The translations under genes and the position numbers were made by a program. Below, one piece after another: positions 11,561 to 24,930 of a stretch of DNA of 64,000 nt. A model generated the notes under the pieces. That model did no database searches and was not told the origin of the DNA. It saw nothing but the letters and a program-made list of their open reading frames with translations. The number at the start of each line of letters is the position of its first letter. Position 1 is the stretch's first letter. Location: NCBI GenBank assembly GCA_051530055.1, contig CM121341.1, positions 7,790,784 to 7,854,783 on the forward strand. The letters are read 5' to 3'. Origin of the DNA: Neoechinorhynchus agilis (Eukaryota; Animalia; Acanthocephala).

Positions 11561-12342
11561 ATGGAAACTGCCCCGAAAATGAGGATTGAATATCTTTACG
11601 CAAAGATGAGAACAAAAGTCAAATGTCATGAAAGGGAAGAAGTTCTCCTGATCACACCGACGAAATTCCGAGCTTACGCTGGAATTCGGTTTCGTCGGAA
11701 ATACTTTGAGCGTCGATCGATTGGGAATCGATTGTGGAAATGTGGTTGGATCCAGGCAGTGTGTAAAGTCTCAATCCGGAACTTTTACGGATCATTTGGA
11801 TGCACGACTTACGAAATGGCTCAAGGAGATGTGAGTGATTCTGACGGTTTCTCGCTTCCTTGGTACAGTGATGAACCAGGTTACGTTCATGAAAGGGATC
11901 TTGATTAAAAAAAAGAGGGAGACTTCATCACGATCACTTCAATAAACTCCTTAATTGTACAGAATATCGGTACAGTTTGAATCATATCGATAAACCGACA
12001 ATTGAAGTTGATTGGAGATTCCCAGGCATTGAAGAAGCAATGCTTCAAAGATGTTACCGTAATCAATCGTTCAAAACTTGGCTTTGCTTGCTGAATTGCC
12101 AATCACGAGTTGTGTATCCACTTTGCTGTATTCAATGGGGATTTAGGTACGACCTTGAAGTTGACTCAACTAAACCTCTGGGTCAACGAGTCATTAACAT
12201 CGATAGCAACAATGAATCACCTCGAGTGATCGATTGTGATCCTCCAACTGAAAACGTCCTGAATGGACCGTGTGCTAATGAAATGATGAGGTTGGTTGCC
12301 TATCCCTGTTTTGGATTCAAATCCTTCTCGGAAAATACCTAA
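11561..12342 (+). CDS. FAM78-family protein (frame break near 11880-11962: intron or indel)
   Basis: W.CGWIQA, SDSDGFSLPWY, RNQSFKTWL, I.W..R.DLEVD...PLGQR and P.ANE parallel FAM78A/B (GWIQAC, SDSDGVSYPWY, RDQSFTTWL, VDPLQLLGQR). Confidence 0.72.
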
Positions 12343-12459
12343 AATATTCTCACACGGACTAAATCCGACGCATTTATTAGTCGGATTGAACCGAGGCTCG
12401 TGTATTCCTCTTTTTTTGCAAATATAAATGTTATCTTTGGGCACGAAGCGATCTTTTAA

Positions 12460-14690
12460 AAGACTTTTAAAATGGATCACAGGATGCTATAAATTCGAGA
12501 CTTGAGATTATTGAGGCCATCTCGAATTTTGATTATTCGATTTTGTCCAAAAAAAACTTGAAATATTTGCGTCGTCGCTTGAACTCATGAGGACATTTTG
12601 TCGAATTATCGAGTTCTAGAATTTGAGTTTGGCGAGACTTTTTTTTCTTAGCCACCAAATCCGATTTTTCTCGTATCTTTACACGAACTTGTCACTTTTT
12701 ATCCTTAGTTTTTAAAACATTCACTCAAAGTTCTCACTTATTTGAGGGAGACTTTTAAAATGGATCACAGGATGCTATAAATTCGAGACTTGAGATTATT
12801 GAGGCCATCTCAAATTTTGATTATTCGATTTTGTCCAAAAAAACTTGAAATATTTGCGTCGTCGCTTGAACTCATGAGGACATTTTGTCGAATTATCGAG
12901 TTCAAGAATTTTAGTTTGGCGAGACTTTTTTTTCTTAGCCACCAAATCCGATTTTTCTCGTATCTTTACACGAAATTGTCACTTTTTATCCTTAGTTTTC
13001 AAAACATTCACTCAAAGTTCTCACTTATTTGAGGGAGACTTTTAAAATGGATCACAGGATGCTATAAATTCGAGACTTGAGATTATTGAGGCCATCTCGA
13101 ATTTTTATTATTCGATTTTGTCCAAAAAAACTTGAAATATTTGCGTCGTCGCTTGAACTCATGAGGACATTTTGTCGAATTATCGAGTTCTAGAATTTGA
13201 GTTTGGCGAGACTTTTTTTTCTTTAGCCACCAAATCCGATTTTTCTCGTATCTTTGCTCGAAATTGTCACTTTTTATCCTTAGTATTTTAAACATTCACT
13301 CAAAGTTCTCACTTATTTGAGGGAGACTTTTAAAATATAAAGATCACAGGATACTATAAATTCGAGACATGGATTCTTGAGATTATTGAGGCCATCGCGA
13401 ATTTTTATTATTCGATTTTGTCCAAAAAAACTTGAAATATTCAAATATTTGCGTCGTCGCTTGAACTCATGAGGACATTTTGTCGAATTATCGAGTTCTA
13501 GAATTTGAGTTTGGCGAGACTTTTTTCTTAGCCACCAAATCCGATTTTTCTCGTATCTTTGCTCGAAATTGTCACTTTTTATCCTTAGTATTTTAAACAT
13601 TCACTCAAAGTTCTCACTTATTTGAGGGAGACTTTTAAAATGGATCACAGGATGCTATAAATTCGAGACTTGAGATTATTGAGGCCATCTCGAATTTTTA
13701 TTATTCGATTTTGTCCAAAAAAACTTGAAATATTCAAATATTTGCGTCGTCGCTTGAACTCATGAGGACGTTTTGTCGAATTATCGAGTTCTAGAATTTG
13801 AGTTTGGCGAGACTTTTTTTTCTTAGCCACCAAATCCGATTTTTCTCGTATCTTTGCTCGAAATTGTCACTTTTTATCCTTAGTTTTTAAAACATTCACT
13901 CAAAGTTCTCACTTATTTGAGGGAGACTTTTAAAATGGATCACAGGATGCTATAAATTCGAGACTTGAGATTATTGAGGCCATCTCGAATTTTGATTATT
14001 CGATTTTGTCCAAAAAAACTTGAAATATTTGCGTCGTCGCTTGAACTCATGAGGACATTTTGTCGAATTATCGAGTTCTAGAATTTTAGTTTGGCGAGAC
14101 TTTTTTTTCTTAGCCACCAAATCCGATTTTTCTCGTATCTTTACACGAAATTGTCACTTTTTATCCTTAGTTTTTAAAACATTCACTCAAAGTTCTCACT
14201 TATTTGAGGGAGACTTTTAAAATGGATCACAGGATGCTATAAATTCGAGACATGGATTCTTGAGATTATTGAGGCCATCTCGAATTTTTATTATTCGATT
14301 TTGTCCAAAAAAACTTGAAATATTTGCGTCGTCGCTTGAACTCATGAGGACGTTTTGTCGAATTATCGAGTTCTAGAATTTGAGTTTGGCGAGACTTTTT
14401 TTTCTTAGCCACCAAATCAGATTTTTCTCGTATCTTTGCTCGAAATTGTCACTTTTTATCCTTAGTATTTTAAACATTCACTCAAAGTTCTCACTTATTT
14501 GAGGGAGACTTTTAAAATGGATCACAGGATGCTATAAATTCGAGATATGGATTCTTGAGATTATTAAGGCCATCTCGAATTTTTATTATTCGATTTTGTC
14601 CAAAAAAACTTGAAATATTCAAATATTTGCGTCGTCGCTTGAACTCATGAGGACATTTTGTCGAATTATCGAGTTCTAGAATTTGGGTTT
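12460..14690. repeat. Tandem satellite C (~290 bp unit, ~8 copies)
   Basis: ATGGATCACAGGATGCTATAAATTCGAGAC recurs every ~288-300 bp. Confidence 0.96.
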
Positions 14691-14823
14691 TGCGATACGA
14701 TAAAAAAACTCAATTTTTCTAAGCAAGAATTGGTGAATCCTTAAAAAATGCGGTTCATAATAATCTCAAAAAAAAAGAGTTTTACTACTACCAAACCTTT
14801 TTCACACACCGTCCCGGTGACAT

Positions 14824-16755
14824 TTAGACGGAATGTTCGTCTGTATTCGATTGTGGATGTGGATGTTCTTGATCGATTCGTTCATTTTTTAAATGAATCT
14901 CATTTCCGGACGCGAACAGGACGAAAAGTACAAAACCGACAACATGACAAGAGGCACACACATAAATCACGATTCTCCATCGATCTTTTAGCTGAATTTC
15001 GATCTTAGACAAAGGATATTTTTAAGGAAAACTCACATGTTGACGGATTTGGCCCATAGAAATTCCCGATATAATCCATAGAGCGACTGCTAATGTGTTT
15101 GCTACTCCCCAGAATGCATCCGGAAACAAAGGAGTCATATCAATTGGAGTGACGAACATCCCAGCACCATGGTTGGCTCCCCTTTTTTTAGCTCAATGAG
15201 AGATACTTTTCGAAAAGAAATCTTGTTTACATTGTCGCAAAAAGCAAAATAAGGATAATGGTTGAACTTGCGACATCTTCTTCGTTCAATTGAGCCCAAA
15301 TAAGTTCCATAATAGCCGGTATTATTGTACCTAAGTGAACTTTTGTTTCTTAACTAAATCGATATCCGCCGGTTGTACCTATGAAGACGAAAAGTCTCCG
15401 AGCGTTTGTTCGACTGAGAACGTCCCTACTCCTGATGTATCCAAACAATAAGCCTGCTATCGGTGCACTGATCATTTCTGAAAACCAGTAAGTTATAATT
15501 AAATAGTTTATCTAAACGTTTTTAGTCATTGAATTCAATTGCGGACGACGACTTACATCACGTATAGTTCGATATCCTTTGGCCTGATCGACTAACAGTA
15601 TATTGATGAAGTTTATAAGAGTGAATGCAGACAAATCATTGATCGCATGAGCTACAAAGAAACCGACGCAGTTCTTATTGGTGAGCATAGATTTCCACGG
15701 AATTGCCTATAACAAATAATCAGCGTGATTTAAATCAAATGCCATACCGCCGGATCATTGGGTTCATCGAGGTGACTGTTTATATAGTCACTTTCATTTT
15801 GACTCACATAAGGATGATTGTCCGCATGTGATCTCACGAATAATGTCCAGATAATGAATACGAGTAGACCACATCCTCCTGGATTCGATTATTTTTTTGG
15901 ATTAACATAATTGAACAAGATTATAAAATATGAATGTAGCGATAAGACTGAAATATCGAGGGGATTGTAAAACATTCATACCTGAAATATAGAATGCCAA
16001 TTGCCATGAAGTCGGCGATTCCAACAGACATGTTTCCACCGAAATCGGAATAGCAAGAATTATTCCAAGGAAAGGAGCTATACGAAGAAGTAGATTGTGG
16101 ATTTTTTAAAATATAAAAAAAAACTTCAAACCTAGTCCATAGATACCAAACAAAACGCCGTTTTCACTTGGAATAACCCATCGGGACAATATCCGAAGAA
16201 TAGCAGAAAACAGCAGACTCTGTGGATATGTATGAATTCCTCAAAATGGAATTATTTTAAAGCTTAGCTCACCGCAGCAATCCCCATAACGACTCTGGTC
16301 GATAAAGCAAAGTATGGATTCATGTTAGCCGCAATTGGGAGCATCAATGACATTGCTGTGATGAGAAGATGAGCAGTTGCACCGACAACAGTAGGACCGA
16401 CTGCTTGAACAATCATTGAAGCCGGAATATTTGATATAAGATGACCGACAGCGTAAGCAGTGAGTTGGTTCGTAGTATCCGACTTTTGCCAATACAAAGA
16501 TCCGGGCTAAAATCATGAACATTGTTCTGAAAAGTATACCGTTCGCCCTTGATTTACAATATATCTTGACGAATTATTTAAAGTGGTATTCAGCATACAT
16601 ATCGAGCTGTATGCGATGTTCAATCTTTGAATAAATAGTACACTAATCGATGAAGTGCAGATGATTGCAATGAATAGTCGCCAAGATGGAAACAGACGAA
16701 CTATTTTAAGGATATAAAGCTGAAACTATCTTGTCCACGAACCTTGATCTGACAT
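14824..16755 (-). CDS. SLC17-family (sialin/VGLUT-like) MFS anion transporter, ~10 exons
   Basis: Exons translate: SWRLFIAII..QRLNIAYSSICMLN; AVGHLISNIPAS..RVVMG; LSRWVIPSE..WQLAFYISG; HPYVSQNESDYI; IPWKSMLT..AHA; RTNARRLF; IDMTP..WGVANT; WRIV..FASG. Additional upstream exons are possible. Confidence 0.85.
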
Positions 16756-18114
16756 TATTCTTAGACAAACTTAGTTTGCGAATTAATGCTCGTTTAACGT
16801 GTACTCAGTGTCCGAAAATACGCCCTGGCGAATCCAAAACGATGATAACTCACTGTCATTTATCTGACACTTAAAGTCCTCAGTGGGGAAGTTGAGAAAA
16901 ATTTGAAACCTCTGTAGGAGCCGTCAAAAATCAACGACTTTATGGCAGCCGCGGCGACCTGGATAATATTTGCCCTATGAGTAATCCGCTAAAGGGTCAC
17001 GAGAAATATTTTTTCTTGAAGAAGTAGAATAATTTTCAGTCGTTTATAAGTCGTTCACTTATATGAATTTTTTGGTGATAAGAAAAATAGAGATTTATTC
17101 TAAAATATTTCGTCCGTTTCGTCGGGGAATACATTTTTAAAAATCTATATTTTTTCACGCAAACAGGTTCTTTTGTTGACAACAAAGCTGACTATAAACT
17201 CAGCCTGCGAGTCCCACCGGATAAACTATTTGACAATGCTTCTTTTAAATTGAAGAAGGCCAACGAAAAGGCCGGAAATTTTCAAGATAAATCTATTTTC
17301 TTAATCAAACATCGCTAATTGAAACTATAATGAATAATTTGTTTGTCACCGAAATTAATCGAAGACAGAAACTTGAAATATACATTTATAAATCTCATTA
17401 AGTTTACTGGAAATTATTGATTTAGCATACGATTAAATTGTTCATGTTTTTATGGTGGAAAATTGATAAATTAAACATTGAAGATTGCGTGCTAAATTAT
17501 CGCACTTAAGAAAATCCCTTAATTTTTCCACCAAGTCAATATTCCGTCTATTAAAAGAGTGCTACAGCCCATTGAAAAACCAAGCTCAAGTTTTATCAAT
17601 GAATTCATTGTAAAAAGAATGAAAAAGGTTCATACACGCGATTCGGCCTGTTCATCATTTTCAAGTTTATGTCTTTGATATGACTTATCCAAAGAAAATG
17701 GTGGTGGGGGCGGTGGAATGTACAACGGATTGCGTTTTGTATGAAGCACTTCAATTTGCTTGTTTCTTGGCGATTTGGTTTGTCTAAATCTTGAGCGTTG
17801 AACTAGTTTTTCTAAATCGAAACTCACGATGAACCCATTTGTATCTAGAAACGATAAGTGTCTCGCAGTTGTTCACACAGAGATATGTCAGCTTATTCGA
17901 GAAGACGGAAAAATGCAACAGAAGTTGCATAACAGGTCTTGGGATAGCTTCTATGATCCCAGTGTCATTGCTTCTATCAAAAATGACAGCTTTTATGCAG
18001 GTTGTAGTCGCCCTGAATCATCAGACAATCTCTCGGTTATGTACAAATAATGGATGCCTTGCAGACAGTTGGTTTAGAGCCAGGACAATAATTATGTGGC
18101 TCTAAAGCACTAAT

Positions 18115-19450
18115 TTTAGAACAATTCTGCACTATTCAAACAAAATTCTAACGATTTTAGACCTTGGCTTTTTTGGCGTAAAATCAAAGTATTTATAAAG
18201 GTATTTTAAATTTCTCTATGGATTTATACCTTGCACAAAAGCTGTCGGACCTATCAAATCGTAGAACAATTAACTTTTGTCTTCAACAAAATTCTAATGC
18301 TTTTCGACTTTTACATCCCAAAATTATTTGGCTTTTTTAGGCGTAAAATCAAAGTATTTATAAAGGTATTTTAAATTTCTCGCCATGCACAAAAAATGTC
18401 GGACTTATCAAATCGTAGAACAATTAACTTTTCTCTTCGACAAAATTCTAATGCTTTTCGACTTTTACATCCCAAAATTATTTGGCTTTTTTAGGCGTAA
18501 AATCAACGTATTTATAAAGGGTTTTTAATTTCTCGCCATGCACAAAAAATGTCGGACTTATCAAATTGTAGAACAATTCACTCTCCAAACAAAATTCTAA
18601 CGATTTCCGACTTTTACATCCCAAAATTATTTGGCTTTTTTTGGCGTAAAATCAAAGTATTTATAAAGGGTTTTAAATTTCTCTATGGATTTATACCTTG
18701 CACAAAAGCCGTCGGACTTATCAAATCGTAGAACAATTAACTTTTGTCTTCAACAAAATTCTAATGCTTTTCGACTTTTACATCCCAAAATTATTTGGCT
18801 TTTTTAGGCGTAAAATCAAAGTATTTATAAAGGTATTTTAAATTTCTCGCCATGCACAAAAAATGTCGGACTTATCAAATCGTAGAACAATTAACTTTTC
18901 TCTTCGACAAAATTCTAATGCTTTTCGACTTTTACATCCCAAAATTATTTGGCTTTTTTAGGCGTAAAATCAAGTATTTTGGTTTTTTTTGTGGTGGTTT
19001 GTTTCGACTTTTTGTAGAACAATTAACTTTTCTCTTCGACAAAATTCTAACGATTTCCGACTTATACATCCCAAAATTATTTGGCTTTTTTGGCGTAAAA
19101 TCAAAGTATTTATAAAGGGTTTTTAATTTCTCGCCATGCACAAAAGCTGTCGGACTTATCAAATCGTAGAACAATTCACTCTCCAAACAAAATTCTAACG
19201 ATTTCCGACTTATACATCCCAAAATTATTTTGCTTTTTTGGCGTAAAATCAAAGTATTTATAAAGGGTTTTAAATTTCTCTATGGATTTATACCTTGCAC
19301 AAAAGCTGTCGGACTTATCAAATCGTAGAACAATTAACTTTTGTCTTCGACAAAATTCTAACGATTTCCGACTTTTACATCCCAAAATTATTTGGCTTTT
19401 TTGGCGTAAAATCAAAGTATTTATAAAGGTATTTTAAATTTCGCTATGGA
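18115..19450. repeat. Tandem satellite D (~150-163 bp unit, ~8-9 copies)
   Basis: TAGAACAATT...TTTTACATCCCAAAATTATTTGGC...GGCGTAAAATCAAAGTATTT repeated. Confidence 0.93.
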
Positions 19451-20012
19451 TTTGTGCATAAAAACTTTCCAACTACCATTTTGCGGCTTTGTGAAGCCTA
19501 ATATAAATGAAGATTATCGATCTGCAGAAGTTGCTTAGTGGGAAATGTCACAAATTCTTGAGGACAATGCCAAAAAAATGGATTGACGAGTTGCCTGAAT
19601 TTTTAGAGAAGTATTACATAACCGATTTATAAATATTTTAAAAATAAATCTTTTAACTTTCCAGACAGTTTGATTTGCTAAAGTTAGGACGAACAGTCTG
19701 ATGCGTTTGTTTATGCCATGGTCTGCTGCTATTATAACCGAAACGAAATTGCGTTTAGTGGTCTCATAGTTGATAGACTGTTTTTTTTTGCTTTTAGGAT
19801 CTAGTAATTTTGAACAGTCTTTGATTTTCAAAGGAAATATATTAGATTTATAAGTCTCATCTGCATTATTTTAGTGAGAACTTCCCAATGTTTATTAAAT
19901 TGCACTTGCTTCGTCTTTTGGAACGACGGCAAATGATTTTCTAAGCAAAATCCACACTTTTGTGATACGCCATTAATGATTGCTTTTTTTTGTGTGAAGA
20001 TAAGAAAAAACC

Positions 20013-21570
20013 TTAAATAACAGTTTTAATTGATTGTGACTTATTATAGTTTAAAGTAAGATCGTCTGAGTCGCTTTTATGCAATGTATGGTTCCACAAA
20101 GCTCCACAATTAAAGTTTTGAACCAAAACGTCTTTTGTGATAGAGTCAGTCACTCTAACCTTCTTTTCATGATGAAACAACCATTTCACGTAACGATTGA
20201 ACTCATTTTCACTCAAATCAGGATCTAATGCAGCGAATGCATTCATCAAATCATTTACTGTCATGTCGCTAGAACGCTGAGTTTTAACTTTTAAACAAGA
20301 AAAAAAGGACTTACAGCATGCCTTGCAAATGATCCAACAACTGTTCGCAGTACGTTTTCCTTTCATTTTCGAATTGGACAAACAGTTTGTCGCAAAATGG
20401 AGTCCAATGGCTATAAATACTCTGCAGAAATTCGTTTATTTCCGCCGCTCGAGTTCACAAACCCTTGGCAAAATACTTGTATAATCCACTTGATTACCTT
20501 CATCGTTGACGCTCGAATTCGCAAAAGCAACGACCACAAGTTCGTTTATTTCAACCTCAGTTTTACCCTTGAAACAATCAGCCAACAGTCGTCGAAGCTC
20601 GCTTTTATTGAAATAAATTGACTAGAGTGCGAAAATTAGTGTGATTTCGGCAATTATTTTTCATCGGAGATCTAATTAAAATAAGCTTTCTAAAATTATA
20701 TCCTTTTATTACCTTTAAAAAAATTCTAAAACTTGTAATTTCAAAGATTAAAAAACGAGGTTCACAGTGCTCAAAAACGCATAAAATAATTAAGATTTCA
20801 CGACGATTTAACGTTAATAACCTCGATAACGATACCATTGACTCTATCCAAAATTTGATTATTTTTTCCTTTTTCAACATAATCAAGAAACACTTTTGTT
20901 AATCTACCCAACTCTCGAATAAAATGCAGGAAAATGTTTTCATCGTGCTAAAAGAGTATTTGATTGACATGTCACATATCAACTTACTCTGAAATTGATA
21001 ATTTCATGGAACAAAAAAATGTACTTATCATCCATAAATTTCTTACAAGCCTCGTCGATGCTGTAAGTCTTCTCAAATATTAATTCATCTGTTACGAATT
21101 TTTGCTCGTAATGATGATAAACATAATTCGAAAGTGGTTGCTCTCTTGTTTTCTAAAATTAAAACATCGATTTATTCTACACAATGTATTTTTATTCAAT
21201 TCAAACAATGGATTTCTAAATTATTTTTGTACCATTTTAAGCTTAAAACAAAAGTCTCTTGATGGCTACTGAAAAAAATTGCCGCCATTATTTTAAAAAC
21301 CCAAGTGATTCTATGAGTTCACCGTAATTTTGCAACAGAAATTGAAAAAAGAATTGTTTAAAAGCGAGCAATTAGTACCGATGTCATATTCTTAATTCTC
21401 GTTTGCCATATATTCGTGATTATTTCGCATAAAGTCTTTTTGTTTAGAACATACGATTGAACTTTCTTAAAGTATCGAAGGTGCTTCGGTATTCCGTCGA
21501 TTGTGTTCTTAGAGAATAATTGATAAAGAAAACAACCATTGAACCGAAATGAATTCACCGAAAAATTCAA
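20013..21570 (-). CDS. TSNAXIP1: TSNAXIP1-like (translin-associated factor X-interacting protein 1) 3' exons; 5' exons probably extend to ~22500
   Basis: IPKHLRYFKKVQSYVLNKKTLCEIITNIW; YEQKF...EKTYSIDEACKKFMDDKYIFLFHEII; MTVNDLMNAFAALDPDLSENEFNRYVKWLF match recalled TSNAXIP1 blocks in order. Confidence 0.65.
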
Positions 21571-23025
21571 TTTTGACTTGATGAGTTCGTTTCCGGACTC
21601 CAGTGCGATGTCCTGTTTTATAAGATCGAGAATCTCCTCACTGGATTTTCCATTTATTAAATTTTCCCATCTATCATTTCCTAAGGCGCAAACTTCGCCA
21701 AATCGTTCCCATTGGGGCCTTTTAAATGCAACGCTCGATTAATTTCAATGTATCGCGATTACCTCGGTGTAATACTGCCGGAAGTTTGGTTTAAAAAATC
21801 CAAGTTTTCATTATAAATTCGTATACATTTGGACGCCTTTTCATAAAGCGCACTAATTATGACATTAAAACGATTTGTTAAAAGCTTATCACTTACTGAT
21901 AATTCTCTTCGAGCATCCTCACTTGATCTTGTTTCCTATAAACCTGATTTTTTAAGTCCAAATACTCCTTGGTCGATTCCTGATGATCTTCATAAGTTAT
22001 AAGTTCCATCTCGTCCAAAGATCTAAGTGCCGAAATGATCGATTTACAGTATATTGTCTTCTCTTTCAATTGTCTTAAAGAGCCAGTTTATTATTAAAAA
22101 AAATTTGACGACGATTAACCTGGTCACATATTCAATTTTATTGCCACCGTTCAAATAATCCGTCGTATTGTCTATCTTTTTCAGACTATAGATTTATTAA
22201 TAGAAATATAGATGTAATGTAGACATATAAAGGAGACCTTTGAAATATATTGATCTCTTTTTGCATCTTCTCTTCCATTTTCGTCTAAAAATTCGATTGT
22301 TTTCTAAACATAACCGGGTAAGCATGGTAACAAAAATTTATACATTTTAAAAGAATATTTTATATTGTGGAAAATGCATCGCGTTGAGAATGAATATCAC
22401 AAACTTTTCGTTCGTTTCCTGTTCACTAAGATCTTTAGACTTTTTTGTATAGGTAAATGATTGTAGCCAATCAGAGTGGAATTTATTAAACACTTTAACA
22501 CGAGATTGTGCCTTCGAAACCAATCGGCATTAATAAATTCCTTTAATTTCTCACCGGCATAAACAAGCATAAATATAGTTCAATCTAAAAAACTTATCGT
22601 GGTAATTTTCGGCCTTCGCGTTGGCCGAAAATTCGCTGCATCCGTATTTTCGACCGTTACTGAGCCACAACGGTGGTTTGAATGATTTCATGACATTTAT
22701 AAAGTAAAATTTTAGATTTTAAAAACACTTTGCATTTAAATAATTAACTATTTATCATAAATTGGAGTGTCGTAAAATTTTAGAGCGTTTTTTCTTCACA
22801 AATGTGGTTGGTTTTTTTGCAATATCTGAAACTGTCTAAGATGTTCATCATTTTTTATAGCAAGTTAATTGCTTCTCAGTCTTCAAAAATCAATTATTTG
22901 ATAATTCGCTAAAATATCAGAAATTTAAAAAGGTGTTTGCATCGATTGTCGGTGAAACAAAGAATTTGTTGCAATTAGTTTATTCGCCGGACGACAAATA
23001 AGCCGGGAATAGCAAGCGAACAAGC

Positions 23026-23337
23026 TCATAACGTCCGTATCTTTTTTAGCCAATCATTAAGTTCTTCGAGTGAAGCTGAATCAGTGTAACCCAATATTGC
23101 ATCGTAAATAGCTCGAACATTAGCATTCAAAAGGCGTTCTGCATCAACGAAATGATGTAGTTGAGGCTCGCCAATCGAGCTTGCCATTTGAGTTGATGTT
23201 CGTGGTAATCGATGCAATTTTTTTCTCTTAGAGATTTTCCTGTATTGATCTTTATTTAATTCCATTTTGTTTATTCTTTGCGAACATGTACGATCCATCA
23301 GGCAGTCAATTACCCAATTTATGTACTCGTTGTCCAT
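23026..23337 (-). CDS. Hypothetical protein (103 aa)
   Basis: Clean ATG-to-stop ORF with protein-like composition; no family recognised. Confidence 0.35.
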   Translation of the reverse strand: MDNEYINWVIDCLMDRTCSQRINKMELNKDQYRKISKRKKLHRLPRTSTQMASSIGEPQLHHFVDAERLLNANVRAIYDAILGYTDSASLEELNDWLKKIRTL

Positions 23338-24299
23338 TTTTTTTAATTTTTTTGTCCTGATCTAAGGGTTTAGCGGCCTAAAACACTCACACAAAATTCG
23401 GGTTTATTGTGTAAAAATTACAAAAATCAATGAATCGCGTCAAAGTGACCATTTTGTGTTTTTGCCGTAGACTTGTCTCAGGCTTTTATTGTGGAAATTC
23501 TGGATTTTTAGCGTTCCTCATAATGTAATCTCTAGAATCTTCACTGTCGTATTCTTTTCCTTCTAAAAAGATATCTCGCCGCTTTATACATTTCTACTCG
23601 CTTTCCAATATTTAACACAAAACTTTAAAATTGGTGCCTAACATGAATTTTATAATTAAAACTCACAAGATGGCTAAAATGAAACTACGGATTAAATAAT
23701 GTATTTATTATCTGATTTCTTTTTTTTCTATTGTCCTTATTTTGGAAACAACTTATTCAAGGTCTTGAAAAACACATTTTCAACCGGTTGAGAAGTCAGT
23801 CGACAATCCACCAACTAATTTCAATTTTATCTAAAATGAACCTTTTCCTAAATACATCTGAAACCTCCTCTTTCGAAATATTTCAGAAAATAAAATGATT
23901 TTTAATCAGGCGAGTAAATTGACCACAAGTCAAAATATTCCTAAAATGTCCGCTAGAATTGGCTTCGTAAAGATCTTAAGCTTTTCTTCAATAATCTCAT
24001 GTCCTACAATTCGAAATCAAGTCAGAGTAAAACGCTTAAATATATCAATTCCACGATTATGAATTCATATTCGTGTTACAATCATTAAATAATTAGCATG
24101 CAATTAAAAACGTAAGAGATTTGTTTCGATAAGATTCTTGGAATCATCTTTAAAGCGTTTCAATTCCTGCTTTTAACTTTTTCCAGATTTATTATCGAAC
24201 GGAAAATGGGTGTTTTATTTGTTTATTGCTTCAAATTTTCGACGCCTTCCGTCTTCGTCAGGAAGCTTTTCTTCGGTTGTCTGAAAAGGAATCAGAGGA

Positions 24300-24930
24300 G
24301 GGCAATATCAGGAAAAAATGTTTTCAAAACTCAAGTTTCTCCTTTTTTTCAGGGATCATTTTACCTCTTATTTTGAATCTTAACTAAATCGGAACTATCA
24401 TGAAAGTATTGGTCTTCTCATGAGATTAAGTTTGCATTAATAAATTATCGAAGGTTTTCAGTCGTAATTTTGAATATTCAATAAGAAATACTTTACGAAT
24501 ACAGTTTACCGATTGATGATTCTCTTCAAAATAAGCCCGAAAATGAAAAATTTCAAATAAAAATCATTAAAAAATGTTCCATTCTGAGAATCATCTTTAA
24601 AGCCTTCAATTCATGCTTTTAACTTTTTAAGACGGTCTTTCAACTTCATTTTACCTCGATCTCGGGAGCAATATCAGGAAAAAATGTTTTCAAAACTCAA
24701 GTTTCTCCTTTTTTTCAAGGATCATTTTACCTCTTATTTTGAATCTTAACTAAATCGGAACTATCATGAAAGTATTGGTCTTCTCATGAGATTAAGTTTG
24801 TATGCTTTTCAGTCGTAATTTTGAATATTCAATAAGAAATACTTTACGAATACAGTTTACCGATTGATGATTCTCTTCAAAATAAGCCCGAAAATGAAAA
24901 ATTTCAAATAAAAATCATTAAAAAATATTC
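24300..24930. repeat. Local direct duplication (~265 bp x2, period ~365 bp)
   Basis: GCAATATCAGGAAAAAATGTTTTCAAAACTCAAG...AAAATCATTAAAAAAT occurs at ~24302 and ~24668. Confidence 0.85.

Noticed and set aside
17630-18105. Overlapping short ORFs on both strands
   Set aside because: No recognisable motif or consistent exon structure; cannot be supported as a gene.
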